A stretch of 64,000 nt of DNA from the IMG/VR virus record IMGVR_UViG_3300025687_000022, one strand, 5' to 3'. Made by a program: the position numbers and the translations under genes. The notes beneath the pieces were generated by a model. It was given only the letters and a program-made list of their open reading frames with translations, did not search any database and was not told the origin of the DNA. This document shows positions 58,748 through 64,000 of this stretch, piece after piece. Source of the DNA: a virus. How positions within the stretch are numbered: position 1 is the first letter of the stretch; every line of letters starts with the position of its first letter.

Positions 58748-59317
58748 TTAATCTCCGTAAAAGTCCACATCAAGTGGAGTAGCTGGTAAAGGTTGCCAAA
58801 TGGCAACAATAACTTGGTTTGGATCTTTACTTTGGGGATAAATAAAGCCTTTAAAGCCATATTCTCTTTCACCTAAAGTTGCCACTCTTTCAAAAACGTT
58901 TGTTGGGTAATATCTTGGAGTACCAAACTCTTTTTCTCTTATTTCTTTATATTCATCAACACGTCTGGATAATCCAAGAGGATCTTTCATAACAGGATAC
59001 AAATCATGTTTATTAACTGTAACAGTGTAAGCAGAGCCTTGAATTCTTCCAATGCCAGTATCTTCTTGCCCAAGACGAGTAAAATAAAACACTCTTGGAC
59101 GATCCCAAGCTCGATATTCAGCTTGACTATACGTTTTTCTACCAGCAGCAGCAATTTGAGGATCTAAAACTTCAATATCTGGAGTCGAAGAAACATGATA
59201 AAGCTGAACTTGGTCAGGAAGATCTAAAGGATAAGCATTATCTAACTTTGCAAGCTGCTCATCATCCATTATTTCTTCAGTTAAATATTTGTTCCAGTTT
59301 TCAAAAAGTTTTTTCAT
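58748..59317 (-). CDS. protein with MKKLFENWNKYLTE leader; possible ADP-ribosyltransferase-like fold
   Basis: LYHVSS, RVFYFT and GFKGFIY resemble ART-fold strands. Confidence 0.5.
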   Translation of the reverse strand: MKKLFENWNKYLTEEIMDDEQLAKLDNAYPLDLPDQVQLYHVSSTPDIEVLDPQIAAAGRKTYSQAEYRAWDRPRVFYFTRLGQEDTGIGRIQGSAYTVTVNKHDLYPVMKDPLGLSRRVDEYKEIREKEFGTPRYYPTNVFERVATLGEREYGFKGFIYPQSKDPNQVIVAIWQPLPATPLDVDFYGD

Positions 59318-59318
59318 T

Positions 59319-59666
59319 TTAAGTGTTTCCTGTATCTTCTTCTATAAAGAAATTATCTATATCGTACTTATCATATTGTGCTGAAAACTCACTATAAGTC
59401 AACCCTAAAAATCTTGCAGCATCTATTTTTGATTTAGAAGTTGAAATAGCAAATTTTAAAAGTGCTTCTTTCACAATATAATCCGATCTTCTCCAAATGT
59501 CAAGTCCATATAACCTGTATTTTAAATTAGCACATGCTAGTTCTAACTTTATAGCAATTAGATCTTCTAAAGTTAAATTAGAAATTAACACTAACAGATC
59601 ATTGCTGATCAAATTATTATATGTTAATTTATTAATTATACTTTTATTCTTTAATTTGCTAATCAT
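59319..59666 (-). CDS. Fis-like HTH DNA-binding protein
   Basis: C-terminal ALLKFAISTSKSKIDAARFLGLTYSEF..QYDKY resembles the Fis/NtrC HTH. Confidence 0.55.
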   Translation of the reverse strand: MISKLKNKSIINKLTYNNLISNDLLVLISNLTLEDLIAIKLELACANLKYRLYGLDIWRRSDYIVKEALLKFAISTSKSKIDAARFLGLTYSEFSAQYDKYDIDNFFIEEDTGNT

Positions 59667-59696
59667 TTGCTAATCACTACTGATCAATTCTTTAAT

Positions 59697-59725
59697 AATG
59701 TAATTTGATTTCAATAATCTGTCAA
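59697..59725 (-). promoter_or_regulatory. sigma70-type promoter
   Basis: TTGACA-17 nt-TACATT with an A-rich upstream element. Confidence 0.7.
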
Positions 59726-59743
59726 GGGACTTTTTTGTAATTT

Positions 59744-60517
59744 TTAATCTAAACCAAGATCAATCTCATCTTCTGTAGGTTGCTCCAGATCTTGTTTAGC
59801 CATATCATAAGCTTGGTTAGAAGGCTCTTCAATACTTGGATCTAATTCTTTTTCAAACTTATCAAAATAAAGCTTTACATTTGTAATCAAGTAATCGTAG
59901 AATAATTCTTGATCTTCAGCATTAGATAACAACTCATAAGCATCAATTATGTTTGTTTCGATCTTTTTAAAACACGAATAAGCAATGTTTCTTCCAGTCT
60001 CGTCCTGACCTTCAATACCAAATTCTTTTCTTGGATCTTCAGGTTCTTCTTCTTCCGCTTTTTCAGCATCAGAGCGAATATCAATAAACTTGTCAGATTC
60101 TGGATTAGCTTCATCGTCTTCAATTTCAATACTAATCTCTTCTTCTAAATCTTCTTCAGAGTTGCCTGCTTTTGTATTCATTTCAACAGGAGTTAAAGTA
60201 TTAATGATAGCTTGGATAACGTGAGCACGGAAAGACTTACGTTGTTCTGGGTCGGTTGTCATAATTTTGTAATCTGCTTCTAAAACAGGAACAATCTTCT
60301 TTAATAGATCTTCCAGAATGTTAATTCCAGTAGACTTATTTGGGGTTGGATTTGTATCAGAAACCTGAGCTTCCAAGATCAATAAATCGCGAATAATAGA
60401 ACGTAGTTTTTGCTCTTCTATTTCAATTGCTTTTTGTTCTTGCAATCTTTTTCTTTTAGTGACTCTGATCATTTCTCTAATGTCTTGTCTCAGTTGTTTC
60501 TCTTCTTTTGTAATCAT
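59744..60517 (-). CDS. acidic hypothetical protein with a repeated 'EEQKLRSIIR' leader; possible head/scaffold-associated
   Basis: 257 aa; two copies of E-E-x-x-L-R-x-x-I-R and several L/I-x-E sites. Confidence 0.55.
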   Translation of the reverse strand: MITKEEKQLRQDIREMIRVTKRKRLQEQKAIEIEEQKLRSIIRDLLILEAQVSDTNPTPNKSTGINILEDLLKKIVPVLEADYKIMTTDPEQRKSFRAHVIQAIINTLTPVEMNTKAGNSEEDLEEEISIEIEDDEANPESDKFIDIRSDAEKAEEEEPEDPRKEFGIEGQDETGRNIAYSCFKKIETNIIDAYELLSNAEDQELFYDYLITNVKLYFDKFEKELDPSIEEPSNQAYDMAKQDLEQPTEDEIDLGLD

Positions 60518-61305
60518 TTTAAAATGCCTCTTTTAAGGAAAATGTTATAAATTTGTTCGCTTATGCAGCCGCAGTCTTCGTCTCTCTTTCCAACAAATGG
60601 TTTAGAATACCCAGCAACTGCTCCAGCACCCATAGCTGAAATCTCTTCAATTGGCTCTGAGGACGCCGGTACAATACCTAGAATGTCCAGAAATTTTTTT
60701 GCCATAGCGTCATCTAAAACAAAATCTCGAAGGAGTTCTACAGCCTCTGGGGAGGTCGAAGCTTTACCTAAAAGATAGCGCATATCTGATGCATGAAATA
60801 AACTAAAGTCTTTATTTGTAATAATACTTGGCATGGATTCCTTAAAATCAGAACTCATTACTGATTGTATGTATTCTGGGCTATGAACTTCTGGCTGTAC
60901 TGCTGTTGTTTGTGGATTAAGAAGCATTACGCCTTTTTTCACATATCTATCGGCATCTTTCCAACGCTGAACATCAGTTCCTTTGTTGCTTGCTCCAAGG
61001 GTAATAAAGTCGCCTTCTTGCAAATCACCTTCAGGTCCAATATAATTATAAGATGCACCAACGGGAGAAGCTGATGGTGAAACTTGTATTTCCACATTTG
61101 AAAGTCCTGAAGTTAGTTCGTCCCACATGTCTATTGCGTTTTGGGCAGTAATAACAGTGCCATCTTCAAGAGCGCGTTGATTTTTTAACGGATTTGAAAT
61201 TAATATAATAACTTTATCGTTATTTTGTGAATACTGCTCTACCATAGCAAGATGCCCCCTGTGCGGAGGCTTAAAAGAACCAGGAACAATTGCAATCTTA
61301 GCCAT
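60514..61305 (-). CDS. HIGH-motif nucleotidyltransferase (cytidylyltransferase-like)
   Basis: PGSFKPPHRGH and HASDMR; C-terminal EEISAMGAGAVAGY extension. Confidence 0.75.
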   Translation of the reverse strand: MAKIAIVPGSFKPPHRGHLAMVEQYSQNNDKVIILISNPLKNQRALEDGTVITAQNAIDMWDELTSGLSNVEIQVSPSASPVGASYNYIGPEGDLQEGDFITLGASNKGTDVQRWKDADRYVKKGVMLLNPQTTAVQPEVHSPEYIQSVMSSDFKESMPSIITNKDFSLFHASDMRYLLGKASTSPEAVELLRDFVLDDAMAKKFLDILGIVPASSEPIEEISAMGAGAVAGYSKPFVGKRDEDCGCISEQIYNIFLKRGILK

Positions 61306-61564
61306 CTAAAATTTCTCCATCTGATAGATTGTGCTCTAATATGTTTATTTTTGCTTCCAATAAATCATTTTTGGTTTCTAATCTTTTGGCTAATTTTCTA
61401 ACTTCTTTTAAATATTCTTTTGCTGTTTCAATTTGTTGTTTCTCTCCAAAAGTTTTAGGACGCATTTGTCCAACGAACTCTTGAAGAGAACCAATATAAT
61501 CAAAAATGTCTTTTTCAACATTTTGATTGTTTAAAAAATCTTTCCAGCTTTTTTCCACCGACAT
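61298..61564 (-). CDS. small coiled-coil protein
   Basis: 88 aa with a SWKDFL N-terminus. Confidence 0.6.
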   Translation of the reverse strand: MSVEKSWKDFLNNQNVEKDIFDYIGSLQEFVGQMRPKTFGEKQQIETAKEYLKEVRKLAKRLETKNDLLEAKINILEHNLSDGEILDG

Positions 61565-61568
61565 AGCC

Positions 61569-61847
61569 TTATCTTTTAACGATTGACTTTTTTAAAGCTT
61601 CACGAACAGCGCGACGAAGTTTTGCTTCACTAAGACTCGGAGGAGCACCAAATTGGTCTTTTTCTTTGTCACCTTCTTCTGCTTGTTCTGCTGCTTGTTT
61701 CATCGGCTCTTCTTTATCACCGTCTTTATCAAGATCAAGATAATCAGGCTTTGCTTCTTCGTTTAAGTTATCAAAATTCATATTAAAGCCCCAGCTTTCA
61801 GCTAAAAGGCTGTTAAGTTCTTTGTTTTTCCATTTTTTGTTAGACAT
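61569..61847 (-). CDS. putative nested in-frame 92-aa protein (internal start MSNKKW)
   Basis: ACTATTTA (61879-61886), SD AAAAGGAG (61856-61863) and an in-frame ATG at 61847. Confidence 0.55.
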   Translation of the reverse strand: MSNKKWKNKELNSLLAESWGFNMNFDNLNEEAKPDYLDLDKDGDKEEPMKQAAEQAEEGDKEKDQFGAPPSLSEAKLRRAVREALKKSIVKR

Positions 61848-62264
61848 ATTGTTTGCTCCTTTTTGCAAATGTTCAAAATAAATAGTATGCTTAATGCTGT
61901 CTTCCCAATCGCGAAAACATAAATTTCCTTGTTCGTAAGCTTCTCTTTCCATTTCTCTTAAATGTTCATCGTTTTGTGCGTATCCGTCGCCCATCTGACC
62001 TACTTGATCAAATTTGCCATTACAATTTTGAGTATGATGAACCAATTCATGAGAAAGTGAACGCATAACATCTTTAGGATGTCTTCCAGTAATGTAAAGA
62101 GTCACGCTTTTTTGTTCTGGATCGTAATACGCTGTTTTGCCAAGAGGGTTTTGAGCGTTTGTTTGATCTCTTTTCAAGAATAATCTTGGAGGAGATTCAA
62201 ATCCCATACGCTCTTTTGCAAATGGCATAAATTGCTTTATCATTGGCTTAAGAACATCAATCAT
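61569..62264 (-). CDS. HExxH metallopeptidase-like protein with a C-terminal EF-hand-like segment
   Basis: RSLSHELVHHTQ, EMEREAY and DYLDLDKDGDKEE. Confidence 0.7.
   Translation of the reverse strand: MIDVLKPMIKQFMPFAKERMGFESPPRLFLKRDQTNAQNPLGKTAYYDPEQKSVTLYITGRHPKDVMRSLSHELVHHTQNCNGKFDQVGQMGDGYAQNDEHLREMEREAYEQGNLCFRDWEDSIKHTIYFEHLQKGANNMSNKKWKNKELNSLLAESWGFNMNFDNLNEEAKPDYLDLDKDGDKEEPMKQAAEQAEEGDKEKDQFGAPPSLSEAKLRRAVREALKKSIVKR
61879..61886 (-). promoter_or_regulatory. putative internal late-promoter motif ACTATTTA
   Basis: About 32 nt upstream of an internal SD/ATG. Confidence 0.55.
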
Positions 62265-62595
62265 CTAAAAATACCTTTTTTTGTTTATCTGAATACCAAA
62301 TATATTCTAAATAGTTGTTAAATGGGTCTTTTACATAAGCACCTGTAGTTCCATCACGATGTTCTACAATTTCTGCGTTTTCTGGGAAGTCTTTTTTACT
62401 ATCTATAAGTATTCCAATATGTGCATATGGATACCATTTTTTATCAATAAGAGCAATATTTGTGTTTTCTACTTTTAATCTTATGTATTTTTGATCTCGA
62501 AAAGTTACTTCGCCCTTTAAATGGCTTACATACCATTCTTCCGCGACTTGCAAATCATCAACTAATAAGGCTATGTGATCAATTACTGATTTCAT
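62257..62595 (-). CDS. VOC/glyoxalase family protein
   Basis: IDHIALLVDDL..AEEWY, HIGI and YVKDPFNNYLE. Confidence 0.85.
   Translation of the reverse strand: MKSVIDHIALLVDDLQVAEEWYVSHLKGEVTFRDQKYIRLKVENTNIALIDKKWYPYAHIGILIDSKKDFPENAEIVEHRDGTTGAYVKDPFNNYLEYIWYSDKQKKVFLDD
62308..62315 (-). promoter_or_regulatory. putative late-promoter motif ACTATTTA
   Basis: About 44 nt upstream of ATG 62264. Confidence 0.45.
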
Positions 62596-62860
62596 TTTGT
62601 TTGCTCTCCGACGCTTTTGAGATTATTCGCAGATTAAAAGTAAATAGTTCTATCTCGCCTCTAACGGGCTCTTTCATCGGAATAACAGTACAAACAGAAA
62701 CAAGTCTATTAGATTTGATTTTATTGCTAATATTTGTTATTAAACCATAGTTTAATTTCCAACTTTTGTCGATAGGACACCACTTAGACCACTCTACAAT
62801 ATCGCCAATACAAAAATCATCAGAGATTAGCTTGCCGAATGGACTATCGCTTGGTTCCAT
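62579..62860 (-). CDS. small hypothetical protein (SH3/KOW-like)
   Basis: FCIGDIVEW...YGLITNI beta-rich pattern. Confidence 0.5.
   Translation of the reverse strand: MEPSDSPFGKLISDDFCIGDIVEWSKWCPIDKSWKLNYGLITNISNKIKSNRLVSVCTVIPMKEPVRGEIELFTFNLRIISKASESKQNEISN
62641..62648 (-). promoter_or_regulatory. putative late-promoter motif ACTATTTA
   Basis: About 46 nt upstream of ATG 62595. Confidence 0.45.
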
Positions 62861-62866
62861 TAATAT

Positions 62867-63004
62867 TTACCTTTCTTTTAAAATTGATGCTATTAAAGCC
62901 AATAAAGTTAAAGCAACAAATTCAAAACCCCAAAGAGCATAACAAATCCAAGTAACAACAAGAAAAATTATAACCCTCCAGAACACACCAAATTCAAATA
63001 ACAT
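62867..63004 (-). CDS. 45-aa hydrophobic membrane microprotein (not in ORF track)
   Basis: MLFEFGVFWRVIIFLVVTWICYALWGFEFVALTLLALIASILKER; TAATG-coupled to the upstream gene. Confidence 0.65.
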   Translation of the reverse strand: MLFEFGVFWRVIIFLVVTWICYALWGFEFVALTLLALIASILKER

Positions 63005-63297
63005 TAGTTGTAGCCCACATAAAATATTTCTTTTCTGTCTATCATGACTACGTTGTTTGAAGAAACATAAACCATAACTCTATTTCTTGAATCTAAAGTT
63101 TCGTCTATCATAAAACAAGTAGTGCCTCTCGCAACCTTAATAAAGCTACGAGAAGTTATATCATAACACATTATGTAACCGCTTGAACCTCTTATTATCA
63201 TTTCTGGAAGAAGTTCTTTATTTTTATCTGGTATTCCAGCTAACTGATTTAAAACTCTTTGAAGTTTTTTTGTTATAACTGTATCTTCTAACTTCAT
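63004..63297 (-). CDS. hypothetical protein
   Basis: 97-aa ORF directly preceded by CTATTTATT (63300-63308). Confidence 0.6.
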   Translation of the reverse strand: MKLEDTVITKKLQRVLNQLAGIPDKNKELLPEMIIRGSSGYIMCYDITSRSFIKVARGTTCFMIDETLDSRNRVMVYVSSNNVVMIDRKEIFYVGYN

Positions 63298-63317
63298 ACA
63301 ATAAATAGAAGCTTAAA

Positions 63318-63554
63318 TTAACTTTCTTTATACTTTTTTAAAGCATCAAGTACAACACGAGCAATCTTGCGACTATCAGCCGCTGAAGGCGAAGTTGAAG
63401 AAGTTGGATCGTAAGCTGCCAGCCAGTCCCCCACTTCTGAAAGAGGAACAAGAACCGGAATAATAATACATTCTTCTGAAATGCTACTTCCGTCCGTGTC
63501 TTCAGTAGAAATGGTTCCTTCTACAACTTGAGAATAATCTGCGTTCATGTGCAT
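63318..63554 (-). CDS. small hypothetical protein
   Basis: 78-aa ORF packed against the upstream gene. Confidence 0.55.
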   Translation of the reverse strand: MHMNADYSQVVEGTISTEDTDGSSISEECIIIPVLVPLSEVGDWLAAYDPTSSTSPSAADSRKIARVVLDALKKYKES

Positions 63555-63556
63555 TT

Positions 63557-64000
63557 TTAAGCTCCTGCTGCAATAGTTGTTGAGACATGGCTCAACTTAA
63601 ATTTAGTTTGATCGCCTGCGGTGATTGTCACATTGTTCGCCCCAATGCCTAAACCAACCATTAACTGCACGTCTGTAGGGACAGGAAGACCTGTAGTGTA
63701 AACGCCAGCAGAGCGAGCGGCGGCTTGGAGGTTCGCGTCGGTGTTGTCGAAAATCATAAATTCACCACCACCAAGCCCGTCGCCACCGCGTATCGTAGTA
63801 CAAACGCCATAGATCCCGTTATTCGGACCGTTTGAAGATTCTGTGTGTCGTGTAAATACACCATAAAGGGGATTGGTCACTGTCGAAAAACGCCCCATCG
63901 TACCGCCAGTCCCACACATCAAGCCGGTGTCCGTTGATGCAGCATCAAGGGCTGCACCGAAAACACCTTTCCATCTGAACGGGCATACGTCAGGGGAGCC
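63557..64000 (-). CDS. C-terminal part of a Gly/Thr-rich protein (possible fibre/decoration); start beyond window
   Basis: The frame stays open from 63922 to 64000 (GSPDVCPFRWKGVFGAALDAASTDTGL...); locally GC-richer. Confidence 0.55.
   Translation of the reverse strand, partial: GSPDVCPFRWKGVFGAALDAASTDTGLMCGTGGTMGRFSTVTNPLYGVFTRHTESSNGPNNGIYGVCTTIRGGDGLGGGEFMIFDNTDANLQAAARSAGVYTTGLPVPTDVQLMVGLGIGANNVTITAGDQTKFKLSHVSTTIAAGA

Noticed and set aside
682-62750. Short plus-strand ORFs and short out-of-frame minus-strand ORFs in the track (e.g. 682..969, 1538..1732, 3919..4167, 29059..29337)
   Set aside because: They overlap longer, motif-bearing minus-strand genes and show no recognisable motifs; treated as shadow ORFs.
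1-64000. Alternative genetic code or stop-codon reassignment
   Set aside because: Standard-code ORFs tile the window densely, including 2-3 kaa proteins, and TAA, TAG and TGA all end genes at tight junctions.
1-64000. Giant eukaryotic virus or bacterial chromosome origin
   Set aside because: Although the Mre11-Rad50 fusion and sugar genes occur there too, the gp25/gp6-like baseplate genes, gp55-like sigma, SD sequences and sigma70 promoters indicate a tailed bacteriophage.

Overview
A 64-kb segment of a large AT-rich tailed dsDNA phage, probably a myovirus-type jumbo phage. Essentially all real genes are on the minus strand, tightly packed with many ATGA/TAATG overlaps, and read in the standard code. 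In transcription order (high to low coordinate): (1) small genes and putative head-packaged cargo proteins (64-58.7 kb); (2) HNH nuclease, tRNA-Ala, tRNA-Pro, PhoH, a zinc peptidase and a Cas4-like nuclease; (3) two GT4-type glycosyltransferases followed by an AT-rich ~11-kb NDP-sugar/glycosyltransferase cassette (GT4-GT2 fusion, SDR epimerase, B12 radical SAM, ThDP E1 alpha/beta-like pair, two GT-A proteins, RmlC, ColD-like dehydratase, HldA/HldC, HAD phosphatase, cupin); (4) a gp55-like late sigma factor; (5) a ~32-kb baseplate/tail module (M15 peptidase, gp5-like, 2182-aa protein, gp25, gp6-like wedge, DNRLRE-like protein, 3027-aa LamG protein, tail-collar-like paralogues); (6) RuvC-like resolvase, fatty-acid hydroxylase, primase and a single-chain Mre11-Rad50 fusion that runs off the left edge and is missing from the ORF track. 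The best candidates for undescribed biology are: a phage-encoded virion O-glycosylation system, in which [S/T]-[G/A]-S tripeptides are selectively frequent in some tail/baseplate proteins and the genome carries six GT domains plus a branched/deoxy-sugar pathway; a family of short Glu-terminated leaders on unrelated proteins, resembling capsid-targeting signals; and a two-tier promoter system of sigma70 promoters plus an ACTATTTA motif, which reveals a nested in-frame gene and a hairpin-gated phoH. All family assignments come from motif recognition by eye, and all counts are manual; no database searches were run.
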